DNA from: Sporopachydermia quercuum
Lineage: Eukaryota
Direction of reading: 5' to 3'
Length of the DNA stretch: 64,000 bases
NCBI GenBank assembly: GCA_001599295.1
Contig: BCGN01000009.1
Coordinates: 664,413-728,412, forward strand
The first letter of the stretch is position 1. Every line of letters begins with the position of its first letter. This document shows, in pieces, positions 25,623-38,184 of this stretch. Under the pieces are notes generated by a model that was not told the origin of the DNA, did not search any database, and saw only the letters and a program-made list of their open reading frames with translations. Both the position numbers and the translations under genes were made by a program.

Positions 25623-26346
25623 TCTCAACTGAATTAGTAACAGCCGGTTTTCAATATTCTACTTCAATTCTGTTGGGTCAAATATACTATTAGCTAGCTG
25701 GACTTGAGATTGAGTACACAAATGAATAGTAAAATATTGAAAATAACTACCAACAAGTAGTAATATTGAATGCTCTATTGCAAGAGCTTCTTCAATTGAG
25801 TTGGCAAGGTGTGTTCGATTCTTCGCCAGTTCCTACGTGGGCTTTGGGTCTCATTATGGAGATCCCTTAGGGTCTCATTTCACATAAGGTTTGAGATCTG
25901 GTCCTGTAATACACATTTAAGGTTTAAGGTTTAAACCTGTTTTTGAACTTTAAACTTCGTTTGGATTCTAGATTGACTTCTCGAAAAACAATTTGAAAGT
26001 AAGCGAAGGAAATAAGATTAGAAGAAAAGATAATAGCAGACAAGAAAGGATTTTGAGCAATATACAAGTTTTTGCATGATATTAAAAGGTTGAATATAAT
26101 CGAACAAGGGCCACGGTTATGGGTTAAATATGTGATGACGAATAGTTGAGGGATGATGGACATCAATGGAATAGTCACCTGTATAAACACAGAGTAACAA
26201 AAAAAAATCGAAGTCGTGATGATAAAGCAAACCGTAGTAANCGTTTCATTGGTGTAGTTATTTGTATAACAAAAATGCAACAGCTTGTTTAAATCATTAA
26301 TTTATTACTTTTACTGTTCTATATGTACTTTTGCTAATCAGGCTAC

Positions 26347-27123
26347 CTAAACTAAAGCGACAACAGCGGCAATTAAACCAGCAGCGACCATACCCATAGG
26401 CAATTGGTTGGTATTGGCAAAGTCAGCGGATGAGCTGGTAGAAGCTTCGGAAGTAGTGGCAGAGGTTGCATCGGAGGTTGCAGTGGATTCACTATCGCTG
26501 TTATTGTATCCAGCAGCAGTAGAAGAAGAATCGTCGTGATGATGACCAGAAGCTGTAGAAGAGGAGTTACCGTGATCATGCCCAGAAGCAGCTGAAGAAG
26601 ATTCTTCGCTCTGTTCAAGAGAATCGTCATCCCCATCGGCGAAAACAGCAGAAACACCAGTGGAATTGGAGCATAAAGCAGCATAGTCGGTTTCTTCATC
26701 AGAAACAGTGATGTCTAAACAGTTGAAAAGGTAACCATCACCAGCAGCCATGGCAACCTGAATTGTAGCATTATCACCAATCTGCAAGCTTGATGGAAGA
26801 GTAAGGTCAGAAACACAGAAGTTGCCCGCACCAGTAATTTGGAATTCAGGGAGCAACAATGTGTCGAAATCATCATCAGTCAAACATTCAGCCTTAGTGC
26901 AGATGGAAATAGTAGTGAAAACTTCATCGTGAGAGTTGCTGACTGTGAGTGGAGTTCCACTAGGATTGAACAAAAATCTTGGTAAAACAACTGCGTTCTT
27001 ACCACCACAAGGAGATTCTGTTTGAGTATCGTGATTAGACCCTCTAGAACCTGGTTCAACAATGTTGAAATGCGCTAATGCTGATGAAGCAAATAACAGA
27101 CTGGCTAAAGCTACAACTTGCAT
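26347..27123 (-). CDS. GPI-anchored Bim1/X325-like (LPMO-fold) copper-binding protein
   Basis: ATG at 27123. The signal peptide ends at ALA|H, making His residue 1. HF...P..RG...PCGG, His48, G.FC and GDG.LFNC.D motifs; S/T stalk; GPI tail. Confidence 0.8.
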   Translation of the reverse strand: MQVVALASLLFASSALAHFNIVEPGSRGSNHDTQTESPCGGKNAVVLPRFLFNPSGTPLTVSNSHDEVFTTISICTKAECLTDDDFDTLLLPEFQITGAGNFCVSDLTLPSSLQIGDNATIQVAMAAGDGYLFNCLDITVSDEETDYAALCSNSTGVSAVFADGDDDSLEQSEESSSAASGHDHGNSSSTASGHHHDDSSSTAAGYNNSDSESTATSDATSATTSEASTSSSADFANTNQLPMGMVAAGLIAAVVALV

Positions 27124-28631
27124 TTTGGTGGTTTCTATATTATTCAAATTATTGAATTATGTATTTTCCGTTACTTCAAGTTTAACTTCCAAGTAGCAAG
27201 TAATTGGTCAATCCACCTACTTGCTTTTCTTCTTTCAATATAATNTGCCAAATAATCTAAACTGTCAAGGCTTCTTTCCTTCCTATTATATATCATTTCC
27301 TCTCCTATCATCGTTTCCTCGCTTCCTACACATTTCAATCTTTTCAATCTCCATCCCCGAGAAAAGGTTCTCTTTTCACCAAACTGTCTTTAAGTTTATC
27401 CAAACTTTATGCTAAACTTCCAACTTAAATCGAAAATGAGCAATTTAAGTCAATATTATTAACCTGTTATAGACGTGTTTCCAGGCCACTGCTGGATTAA
27501 TGGTGAGAATAGAAAGACAAGTTTAGAAGAATATGCTCGTTTTCTCTCAAGAGGGTAGTAACTTTGAATGAGCAAAGGCTTAAATTAACTTGTTTGATTA
27601 TAATGGGATTGAGAGATGGGATTGAGCAAATATTCTAGGATGGAAATTGGAGCTGTCTGGGAATTTCTTGATAGGAAAGCTGAATTAGGAAGGGAAAGGG
27701 AAAGGAAGGGAGATAGTTGCTTCGGTAAGGGAATTGAGTGAAATATGGAGAGTGAATGGATGGAGATCAAGTTTTTCTGAAGGTAATTGGGAGATGAAAG
27801 CTGGAATTAAATACGTTAAGAATAATAAGAATAATGATGAGAATAAGAGAAGATCATTTGATCGTTAGAATGTATAATTTGGCAGTGAGGGAATTCGTGA
27901 AAGTATGAAATATGAGAGCGTTTTAATATGTAGATAAATCAATTGATAGTATTGTTGTGAGTTGTTGAATGGATTGGAGTAGTTTCATTGTAAGAGCCAT
28001 TAGGTTATTTCGAAACGAATCAACATAAAAGAGAGGTAAGATAATTCAGCTCTTGACAGTAATTGTACCTTTTTATATATGCGATAGGTTGAATTGAAGG
28101 AAGAACAAACGATTGATGAAGATTATAGAAAAGAAGGAATTGCAATTTAGAAAGTTTCACTGAAAGTTTTAGGAAACGACTTTAAGGTAAACTAAAAGAA
28201 GCGTGGATGTTTCTTGGAAAATCTAAACAATGGAGTTCGGTGATTAAAATGGAGAGTTGTTGGTAGTATCATGGCCAGACCAGAAGGTGCATCTAAGAGT
28301 TGTGGGCTAAGAAGGAGAAAAGCATGAGGAACAGATTAATGGCATCCCATTTGGTTGCTTTATTGATTTGATATTGAGTTATTGAGTTCTTTTGTAGATT
28401 ACCCACCAGGTTCTCATGAATCATGCATTATACAGTAAAATTACTAAACAATGAGAACCATTCAAATACTCTTACAAGACTTGCTACTATCAATTATTGA
28501 TCTCTCATGAGAGATCACATACAACGCAGCAATCATCAAAGTGTCATAACTAATATTAAAAATAAAGAACCTATACAAGACATTTCAGTTCAATGAACTG
28601 AAGAAAGCATTATTACTAAACATCCCATTAA

Positions 28632-29092
28632 CTAATTTCCAGAACAGCAGCCTGAACCTGATACACCAGAAGATTTTGCTGTTTTGATTGTATCATTATC
28701 CCCTAATTCTGTATATTGATGGATATTTAAAACTATGAAACCGTTAGTAACTGAGCTTGAAAAAAGATCTTGATTTTGAAGTTTTGATTATGTTCAGTCA
28801 AAAGTATTCAAAAGAGTTACTTACGATATCGTTCTTCTTGGTCGCTAACTTTTTGTCCTTGAACAACATTTGACCTCAAAAACTGAGCTACGTCTGCAAC
28901 ATGCTGTAATCTGCCTTGGATTTCGAGCTTTTCCGTTTCACCTTCGGAAGGTAAGTTCCTTGAATCATCAAAGCCTGATCTCAATGCTTGTCGTGCACCC
29001 GTAAGCATTGTGATATCTTTGCCGAAGGCTACTTTTGTAGCTCTTAAAACGTCACGATAAGTACGGAGAATGTTTCTTGAATGTGCCGACAT
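28632..29092 (-). CDS. MZM1: LYR-motif complex III (Rip1) chaperone; exons 29092-28825 and 28732-28632
   Basis: TYRDVLRA..AFGKD, FLRSNVVQG; the spliced exon 2 gives LNIHQYTELGDNDTIK...GCC. Intron GTAAGT..TACTAAC..TAG. Confidence 0.93.
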
Positions 29093-30004
29093 GTTAATGA
29101 TAAAATACTGGCGGTGGATTGAATTTTCGTTGTGTTATTCTGATTGTTCTAGCAATATTACTGGTATGCTATCTGTTTGACCTGATGAGCTGCGGTTCCT
29201 TTGTTTCTTCTTCTGGTTGATTATAACCAAGAAATGAGTATTGTAATCACCTAGGGCCACAACATGCACTGATCGCTATTCGCTATTGGCTATTCACTGT
29301 TTAAACGTTCAAACACAGTTAGCTCTTTTTCTTATTCTTATACTACCATCTGCTGAGTTGTTGTCAACTCAGTGATGTGTCTATTGCTATAATAGATATA
29401 TATTGAGCATTCCAAATTGTTTCTTTTACTTTCCATAGTATAGCATAATTTCTATCCATTCACATCTTCTCCTATAAAATCAAGAATATTACTAAGTCTC
29501 TTGATGAATGGTTTCCGATTTTATAGTTACCCTACTTTAACCATCTATATAATTATTTTTGATTATGTAATTATGAAATGTTGTTTTCACGTAGATTGAG
29601 TAATTATCGGAGATGATGAAACTGCATAATTTCCACTTTAAATGTTCCCCGCAAAGTCTCAATGCTTATTAGTGCCATCATATTGAATCATACCAATTGA
29701 TCATCAACACAGGAAACGTCCTAGATAGATAGGAATAAGAACTGTTTTACTGAGATATATAGGAACTCAATTACTTTTCTTATTTTTAGATTGTTTATAC
29801 AAGGATTATCGCACCTTTCAGCTGTATTTTTTTTCATAGCGGGAGAAAGTTCAAACTACAATTTGGCTGTTTGAACTGGTTACATCATTGAACAAGAGAC
29901 AATAGGTTAAAAGGCAATTGTAGTAGCGTTTGATCTAAAGGACTTTAACAGATTTTTGTATCCAACTAATTTACCCTGGAATCCAGTAATTGAAGTTTGC
30001 TGAA

Positions 30005-31222
30005 ATGTTTGCCCTTAAACAATTTGTGGTGATTAACGCTAGAGGCAGCATTGCTCGCTCAAGAGCGGTTAGAACTACTGCTCAATTGATGCAATTAAGA
30101 AAGGTATCGGCACAAGCTTTAGTTTATTCTTCTTATGGTCCCCCTTTGGATGTTCTAAAGCTTCATTCTTTTGAGATCAATGAGAAGAACTTGAAATCCA
30201 ATGAGGTGCTTATTCAAGGACTTGCCTATCCTATCAATCCAGCTGACATTAATCAAATTGAAGGTGTGTACCCTTCGAGACCTCCCATGACCCAGGAATT
30301 AGGAACTGAAGAACCAGTAGCTGTTCCTGGTAATGAAGGTTTGTTCAAAGTGATTGCCGTTGGCTCTAGTGTATCAGGTTTCTCAGTGGGCGACTGGGTA
30401 TTACCTAAACTTCCTAACTTTGGTACTTGGAGAAGTCATGCCTTGACATCTGATGAGGAGATTATCAAGATCGACACAACCCCCGTTGAACGTCAAGTGA
30501 AAGATCTTTCTATCAATACATGTGCCACAGTTTCTGTCAATCCTTGTACAGCATATCAAATGCTGAAGTCTTTCGTTGATCTGAAGCCCGGTGACTGGTT
30601 TATTCAAAACGGTGGAAATTCTGGCGTTGGTAGAGCAGCTATCCAACTAGGTAAAATATTTGGATATAATTCCATTTCCGTTGTTAGATCTAGAGACAAC
30701 TTGGAAGAATTGAAGCAAGATTTGTATGATTTAGGTGCAACCCATGTTATCACTGAAGAGGAATCGAGCGATAAGGCATTTGGTGGAACTGTCAAGCAAT
30801 GGTTAAAGGATTCTAAGGCCAAGGGATCTAGCGGAGAAATCAAACTTGCTCTTAATTGTGTTGGTGGTAAGTCTTCTACTAACATTGCTAGAAAATTGTC
30901 TTCAAATGGACATTTGGTTACTTATGGTGGCATGTCTAAACAACCTATCATTTTACCAACATCAGTATTCATTTTCAAAAATATCACTTGTCACGGTTAC
31001 TGGCTTACTGAGTTCACTAAGAAAGATCCTGTTGCCAAGAAAGAAAATATCAATGAGATTTTGAAGTTGATCAAAACTGGTCAATTCAAAGATGTCCCTG
31101 TTGAAGAAAAATCATTTGAATTGAATGGCACACCTGAAGCTAATCTTGAGGTAGCAAAGGAAGCACTTAACAGGGCAATGAAAGGCTTCAGCGGAAAGAA
31201 ACAGTTGGTTGTATTCAAGTAG
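30005..31222 (+). CDS. ETR1: Mitochondrial 2-enoyl-thioester reductase (mtFAS)
   Basis: Arg-rich presequence; PINPADINQIEGVYP, ATVSVNPCTAYQML, QNGGNSGVG and VTYGGMS motifs. Confidence 0.95.
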   Translation: MFALKQFVVINARGSIARSRAVRTTAQLMQLRKVSAQALVYSSYGPPLDVLKLHSFEINEKNLKSNEVLIQGLAYPINPADINQIEGVYPSRPPMTQELGTEEPVAVPGNEGLFKVIAVGSSVSGFSVGDWVLPKLPNFGTWRSHALTSDEEIIKIDTTPVERQVKDLSINTCATVSVNPCTAYQMLKSFVDLKPGDWFIQNGGNSGVGRAAIQLGKIFGYNSISVVRSRDNLEELKQDLYDLGATHVITEEESSDKAFGGTVKQWLKDSKAKGSSGEIKLALNCVGGKSSTNIARKLSSNGHLVTYGGMSKQPIILPTSVFIFKNITCHGYWLTEFTKKDPVAKKENINEILKLIKTGQFKDVPVEEKSFELNGTPEANLEVAKEALNRAMKGFSGKKQLVVFK

Positions 31223-31500
31223 ATATAGATGGTGAACACTCACTTACATAAACGTACAATTTTATAATATTTTAATATATTAGTAAATCTATTTGAACAT
31301 TTTCAAGCATTCAGTACCTAAAGCCCAAATAATAAAGTCCTCACAAATGAATAACTCTCCAACACAGCCCCAAAAGAATAGGAAAAAAGTAAAAAGTTTG
31401 ATATAGAAATAAAAATCTGAGTATACGCAGTTATATAAGTGCTATTCAGTCAAGTGTTTCTGGCCTCCTATTTCTAGATAACTGGTGAGTAATATGATGT

Positions 31501-31977
31501 CTAGAAAGAAACTGATCCTTCCAAACAGGTGATCAATTGTTTAGTAGTAGTGAAAGCTCTAGCCTTAACGCTATATTTTCCAGGTGGAACTTCCTTAGGA
31601 ATGGTAACACTTCTAGTCAATTCCCTGACACCTGCGGCTATAGGACATCCTAAAACTTCTCTATCGATATTTGCTGTTTGTTCACATAAATCAACTGATG
31701 TCTTCAATAATGTGATGAATCCATACTTAACTTCCACTTCAAGGTAAGAACCAGGATCTATGTCATTCAAAAGTTCCGCATTCAAAGAAATGGTAAGATC
31801 TTCTCCTTTCACAGGTGGATTTGGTGATAATTCTAGCATATTGATTGTCAATATTTGCTCCTCTGCAAGGTCACATAATGATAAAGGACTGCTGGACTCT
31901 TGGAAAGGTGTCTGTAGTGCTGAGCATGTTACACCAGCAGCGAAAACAAAACTGCCTATTAATCTTGATAATAACAT
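31501..31977 (-). CDS. NPC2: ML-domain sterol/phospholipid transfer protein
   Basis: Signal peptide; LSPNPPVKG, VKYGFITLL, DLCE, CPI, IPKEVPPGKY and ITCL motifs. Confidence 0.93.
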   Translation of the reverse strand: MLLSRLIGSFVFAAGVTCSALQTPFQESSSPLSLCDLAEEQILTINMLELSPNPPVKGEDLTISLNAELLNDIDPGSYLEVEVKYGFITLLKTSVDLCEQTANIDREVLGCPIAAGVRELTRSVTIPKEVPPGKYSVKARAFTTTKQLITCLEGSVSF

Positions 31978-32345
31978 ATTGATTGATTGGATTGATTTGT
32001 GTACTGATCAGAATATTGATTGATTGTTAATTCTGAGTTGGTCTGCGATAAATCTGAATAATGTTAACCTTAATTAAATTTTCAGCAAGTAGTTCTTAAA
32101 AGTATTACTTTTAGTATCAAACAAATAACTGACGTTAATTTCTCTAAAAACAGCTACCTCCTATATAATTTCTATATCCTGTCTATTCGGATTCATCAGT
32201 TGAGAGAATATCTTTGATTCTGCAATAGAAGTAGTGATAGTAAAAGGCCTTCCTGTTGGTGAGGGAAAAAGGTCATTTTTTAAATAAAGACACTTTTAAC
32301 ATGTACATTGTTATTGTGATTATGTCATCTTCTAGCTTTTTACTG

Positions 32346-32363
32346 CACGTGAGTTATCACGTG
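32346..32363. promoter_or_regulatory. Tandem CACGTG E-boxes (Cbf1/Tye7/Pho4-type) upstream of NPC2
   Basis: CACGTG at 32346 and 32358. Confidence 0.4.
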
Positions 32364-32591
32364 TCGGTCGACTTTAGCCTCGATTACCAGTTGATCAGAC
32401 ATCTAGAATATATAAATCTGGAACAACTATTCGATTTAATGGCATTAGGTTGTAGATATACAATTTCTCCTATTAGAATTAAAAGCACAACTATTTGGGA
32501 TAATTATATGCTGAAAGATTTCAGTGATGGTCTGAGTAGGTGCAAAATGTCTATTGTACAGTCAAGTCTAAGTAGTCATTAGTTATTAGCA

Positions 32592-33194
32592 TTAGTCCCA
32601 ATCATCAAAGACTGATTGACTAGCTTTTTTGGCTTGATAATTGTCATAATTCTCTTCTCCTTCAGTAGTTGGCTCCTCATCGTTTTCTTTGCTTCCGGTG
32701 TCTATTACGGGAAGACTTCCGGGAAGACTTCCGAGATGACTTCCAGCTCTTTCGTCGCTATGTATCCCGACTTTTGCTTCCATGCTTTCTTTTGTTGATT
32801 CAGCTAATTTTCCCGCCTTCAGCTTCTTGAGGTTTTCAATACTTTTCCGTAGTCTCTTTAGCATATCTACTTTCTCGTATAACTTTTCCTGTTCTCTGAT
32901 TTCTTGATAGATTTTGTCTTTTGAATCTTCTATTTCATATTTCCGTGATAGTTCTACTTTCTCTGCTTCTGTTTGTTTTTCTTTTCTTTGAATAGTGGGT
33001 TCGCCAAACACAGAAGCCTCGGACTCTATAACCGTAGCAGCGGATCCATGTGATGCAGTTGGAGTCTTATTGTTTTCTAGTGATTCAATTTCCTTAGTAA
33101 AGGTACTCCATTCTTCCTCCAAGTCTGAATTCGTAGTTTTGCCGGAAGGGCTCTCCGTTATCACTGAATCAGCTTTCCTTTTCTTGTCACTCAT
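32592..33194 (-). CDS. Small charged coiled-coil protein resembling the C-terminal half of ZNF830/CCDC16-type splicing factors
   Basis: 200-codon ORF from ATG 33194 with an NLS-like KKRK, an EEEWSTFTKEI motif and a coiled coil. The family call is tentative. Confidence 0.65.
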   Translation of the reverse strand: MSDKKRKADSVITESPSGKTTNSDLEEEWSTFTKEIESLENNKTPTASHGSAATVIESEASVFGEPTIQRKEKQTEAEKVELSRKYEIEDSKDKIYQEIREQEKLYEKVDMLKRLRKSIENLKKLKAGKLAESTKESMEAKVGIHSDERAGSHLGSLPGSLPVIDTGSKENDEEPTTEGEENYDNYQAKKASQSVFDDWD

Positions 33195-33592
33195 TTTAGC
33201 AGTTAACTTCACAACCTGTGAAATACTTGTTTTGGTCTTTTGTATTTTAGATTTTCAATCTGCACTAAAATGTGTAAAAAATAAGAAGTAGCGAATTATA
33301 ATCCGACGTCTGAGCATTAGATGCTCTTGCATATGTAAGGTAAAATAGCACTGGAAAATATAGAACACTTTAGCCTACCTAGGCCATTCAGTGCTGTCTA
33401 TCAGACTACAGTTGAGGAAAAAAAAATTAGCAAAAGATAATTAATCTCAATAATTGATTGTATATAGTTAAAAATAAATAACTAATAAGAGAAATAAATA
33501 TTGGAAAGAGAAGTCTCAGTTCAAAAGGAAATATTGTATTGCCCATTTCCAATGTCTCAGGGTTTAAACTAAGTTAGGACTAAAATTTCGAA

Positions 33593-33687
33593 GCGGATTT
33601 AGCTCAGTTGGGAGAGCGTCAGACTGAAGTNAATTCGGTCACATCCAGTTTATCTGAAGGTCCTGTGTTCGATCCACAGAATTCGCA
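33593..33687 (+). tRNA. tRNA-Phe(GAA) with a 22-nt intron (33630-33651)
   Basis: Near-identical to yeast tRNA-Phe (GCGGATTTAGCTCAGTTGGGAGAGCG...GGTCCTGTGTTCGATCCACAGAATTCGCA); anticodon at 33626-33628; canonical 37/38 intron position. Confidence 0.98.
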
Positions 33688-33692
33688 CTCAA

Positions 33693-33699
33693 TTTTTTT
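33693..33699 (+). terminator. Pol III oligo-T terminator
   Basis: T7 run immediately after the tRNA. Confidence 0.85.
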
Positions 33700-34200
33700 A
33701 TGTTTTTGTGGTTTTGCACTATTTTTTTATTTTTTTATTTTTTATTTTTTATCGTTTGGTTGATAAGTCTTTTCTATTTATTTCAAAATTATTACCATCA
33801 CTTTTATTTGTCAATTGATCAATAAAAAGATCTTATTATTAATTGTCATATATACCTCTCGATGGGTAAAAGGTACTAGCGCTAGAATGGAATAGCACAT
33901 CAAGCGATCTTTCATCTTTCCACTGTAGTTGAGTGATACACGCACTATGGAATCATTAATGCGATGCCTTCCTTCTTTCTTGTTAACTGCAAAATATTAT
34001 AAAGACACCATAATAATGTGGTTGATGATATTATACGTACATACTAAGCTAATGAAATATTATATGTAGCATGCTTATATAGTAGAAATGCAGAACGAGA
34101 AGAATATTAAACCAACTAACGAATGATAGAACCGATGATAGATAAAATGAACATCTTGAATGCATATGCAAAAACGAGGTATATAATACAAGAGAATAAT

Positions 34201-37112
34201 CTAACCAGACAATAATTCTACCTCATTGTCAGGATTGATCTCACCATTGAATCTGATGAAACTAGACAACAAAGCCATATTAGCATCCCACCGTTTACTA
34301 GGATCAAGTTCTAATGAACCCTGAAGCATTTCTAATGCCCAAGCTCTGAAGGGTGTAGGTTTTAAAAATGGAGGATTGATATCACTAAGACTGTCGAATG
34401 TGTCACTCTTTTCGCAGGTATGTTTCTTCTCTTGAAGCTTTTCCAATTCGTAAAACTCAACAGGGTAATCGAGTTCAAGTGCCCATTCGACAATCTCTTC
34501 AAAAGGATATCCTTTTTCTAAGACTGTGGGGATGGTTGTTTCGAATGATAACCCATGAAGATGAGATGCTTGTTGCATAGCTTTTTTACCAAAAATTGTA
34601 GCTATCTCAATCAATGCATCTGTATCATCAGAAGAATAGAAGAAAGGGAATCTTTGAGTAAGAAAAGAAAGAAGGATTACACCAGCGGCCCAGATATCAA
34701 TTTTTGTTGATTGATTGGGGCATTTAAATAGAACTTCTGGAGCTCTGAATCCTCTCGTTCCTGCTCTATTGGCTCTTCTTCTAGGTCTATTATCATCTTT
34801 CAAGTACCCACCAATTGGGGTATCCATAGCCTTTCGAGGTAAAGTTTTGGAACCACAAGGACAATGCTTGGTATCTCTAGGTGAATAGATTTCTGCTAGC
34901 CCAAAATCGACAAGAACCCCTCTTCTAGTTTTAGGATTAAACAAAAAGTTTCTAGAAACGTTAGAGATTTGCTTAGTGAAACAGTAGGATATTGTATGAC
35001 ATCTGTGAAGGAAGGAGAATAAAGAGATTCAAAAACATACGTTGGTTTAACATCTCTATGAATGATTCCTTTAGAATGGATAAACAATAATGCAGAGAAT
35101 AGTTCTTTCATATATGCTTGAATTTCAAATAAGTTCAGCTTTCGATAATAATCCTATTGAAGATTAGTTAGTAATCGCGGTTCCTCGTAAAACTGCAAGA
35201 CATAAGAATGACGGAGATATTAGAACCAGAAATATCGTAACTAGTAAGACAAACACACATACTCTAAAATCACAATGTTCGTAATAAGGAAGAACAGCCA
35301 CAATCTGATCCTCATATCTTATGGCATCAATGATTGGCGAGACCCATTGACAACCTGATAATGAATATAAAAGGTTCAATTCATTGAAAATCCTAGCAGG
35401 GCTACTAGTTACATGAATTCTTTTCAATGCGACTAATTTTCCAACAAGAAGTCCATCACTGCCATCACCACTGGAAGAAGATAATTTCTTTGTTCGTTTC
35501 AATAAGGGTGAAGACCATGAACGACCGTATCTATGATGCTTATTAGTTATATCTTCAGCTTTAAAGACACAAGAGAATGTTCCTTGACCGATTTTATCTA
35601 GTATTTTATATTTAGACGTGATTGAATCAAATTGGGTCTCAAAATCAGAAATCTCCTCTAATATTTCTCTATCAGTGGTTTTCTCGTATTCCTCATTATT
35701 AGTATATTCAACGCTCTCCCCGCTTTCATCATGCGACTTTTGAGATTCATTTTTCTCATTCTGAGTAGAAGACCTAGTGGATGTGGTTTCAGTTTTAGTC
35801 TCGGCAAGTTGCTTTTCTATAGTTTTGTTATCATCAATAGATTCGTTTTTTGAATCGTTGACAGTTTCATCGATTGTTCCTAAGATATTCTGATCAATAT
35901 CTCGTGTGTGTTCCTTTTCATTTTCAGAGACCCTTTCAGTTCTTCCTTTATTATTACCATTGATATTTTGCTCATTATTGTTATTTTCTTTGTAAAGAGA
36001 CGCTTTCTTTGAATTTATAAAAGAGATCCTAGATAGAGCTTTGGTTGAACTTTTGGTAACTTTAGCATGAACAGCACTGTCTGCGTTGGTTTTGATATCT
36101 CTAGTATTCTCAAGAATATTATTCAAACATTTGACAGCATTGCTCGTACCACTTTTCTCATTCCTTGATCTTTTAGCTGCTTCAATTGAGTTTTTCAGTT
36201 CTTTCACAGGAGAGTTGTTACAAGGATACTCAGTCCCTTTCATAGATTCTACAAAGACAGCATTATAAGAGTGTCTTCGTTTTCGTCTTCCACCGGCTGA
36301 TCCAGTAATGCCATTATCATCACCAACATCAGCATCACCATCAGCATTAGAAGATAATTCAGCTCGAAGATTTGATGATTCAGGATCACTGAAATTTCTT
36401 TTAGAGCCAGATTTTCCATTGATATTAGAACCTGATGCAAATGTAGATGATGAAGACAAACTATGAGGTAGATAACCAGTATTGCTATCTAGTTCTGTTG
36501 AAGCCGTCACCCGGATCTCGCTTGAGTCCACAGTAGAATGCTTCCCTCGCTCTTCGTCGCTTTCATTCGAAGAAAGAGAGTGGAGTGTCTTCTCGGCATT
36601 AGAAATTCCTTCCCTTTCTTTGAAAATTGGTTTCAATTGAGAGGCTTGGTCTACCTTAGCTGTCGATTCTGCTTCAATAGCCTTCAAAATATCCCTGTTA
36701 CCATAACGAGTTCTTGGATGATCATCATCAGTATGACTGGCAACGATGTTCTCTTTGCCTTCTTTATCTTCGAGACTTGATTGCTTCACCATGTTTTTAT
36801 CATATTTTCCTTTAACTTGTCTCAGACGGTCACTGAATCTTTTCGCTCCAGTACCACTTACGCTTGTTCTAGATGTTGGCATGCTTTCCGAAATAGTTTC
36901 CCCTTTCAAAGCATTCTAGATAATCAAAATGTTAGTAATTGCCATCTTTACAATGATAGTTTCTACAACAGATTTTATTACTTCTTGAAAGTCTCATCAC
37001 CAGTACTCTATCATCAAATCAGCTACCAGCATACCTTATTGTTTCTCCAGTAGTTTGAGCTCGAAATATCCATAAAAGGATCAGATACTGAAGAACGAGA
37101 ATGAACCACCAT
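34201..37112 (-). CDS. CDC7: DDK catalytic kinase; exons 37112-37035, 36915-35263, 35153-35041, 34951-34201
   Basis: KIGQGTFS, VALKRIHVTSSPARI, HRDVKPTNFL, LVDFGLA and RRANRAGTRGFRAPEVL. All three introns restore the frame. Confidence 0.96.
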
Positions 37113-37691
37113 TGAATGTTCAATCTGTTTTCTGTTCAATTTTTTACCAAACCTTGTATATATGACAGTAGTTACAATTGGTGTTTGGTCAAAAGCAGGC
37201 TTAACAAACAAACAAACAGACAAAATAAAAGCCTCGTAAATTATTTCAGCTGTTTATCGATCATAAGGTTGTAGTTGAGGTAGCGAAATTTATAAAAAAC
37301 CCGTGCTGCGTCGTTTGACTTGTTTTGTTTAGTCATCCGCTACTAGTTGTCCCTTTTGCAAATTTCAGAATAAAACCAGATCAATACCTGTATAACGCTC
37401 TATACGTTAATGCTCTCTTAGTGCTCCTTTGTTTTGCTTGGACATCCAACTATTCCTAGACCTGTCTTCTATATTCCGATCACAGTATTACCACTTAATA
37501 ACCACGCTTACTCTACTTGCCTACTTCCTTATAAAATAGTAATCAAACCTGTATAGCAATTCCCACACTACATAACTATTAACTAGTAGCATAATGCCGA
37601 ACACCAAACCAGAGTCGAAGCTCAACTCACAAAATAAACAACTAATGCTATAAACAAACAATTGCAGAAATAAACAAAGATGCGTGTTTGG

Positions 37692-37697
37692 ACGCGT
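37692..37697. promoter_or_regulatory. MCB element ACGCGT in the CDC7/ERP3 divergent promoter
   Basis: Single exact match. Confidence 0.3.
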
Positions 37698-38184
37698 ATG
37701 TATCATGGGACGGATATAATAAACATATTAAAGTTCAGGGTTGAGGGTCACCTTTTCCGGTTTACGTGTTTCTTGGGACTATGAAAAAAAAACTTGAGAT
37801 GATCTCAGGCATGATGAAGCGTAGTGAAGATGTGGTTGTTTTGGTTGGTAATGAAAGAAAAAGCTTAAAGGCACCATGATAAAGTGGAGATAAACACGAT
37901 AAATAATACAGTATTGGACTATCTGCACTGCTGTGATAGAATATTATTGATTGAAAAGGGGGTGTATAACCGGGGCAGAGATTGAAATTGATATTAATGG
38001 GATAACGCTTTCGTGGACACAATTTGGGAGTATAGCATTCGAAAATTATTCATAATACTGCAAATCNTTCGAGCGACTTGATTAAATATTTGAACATACA
38101 AATTGGATTGGAGATAGGTTTAGGAGAATTTAGCTTTATCAGAAGTTATTATAAGTGTTGGAAATCAATCAGTTTCAAAGTGTT

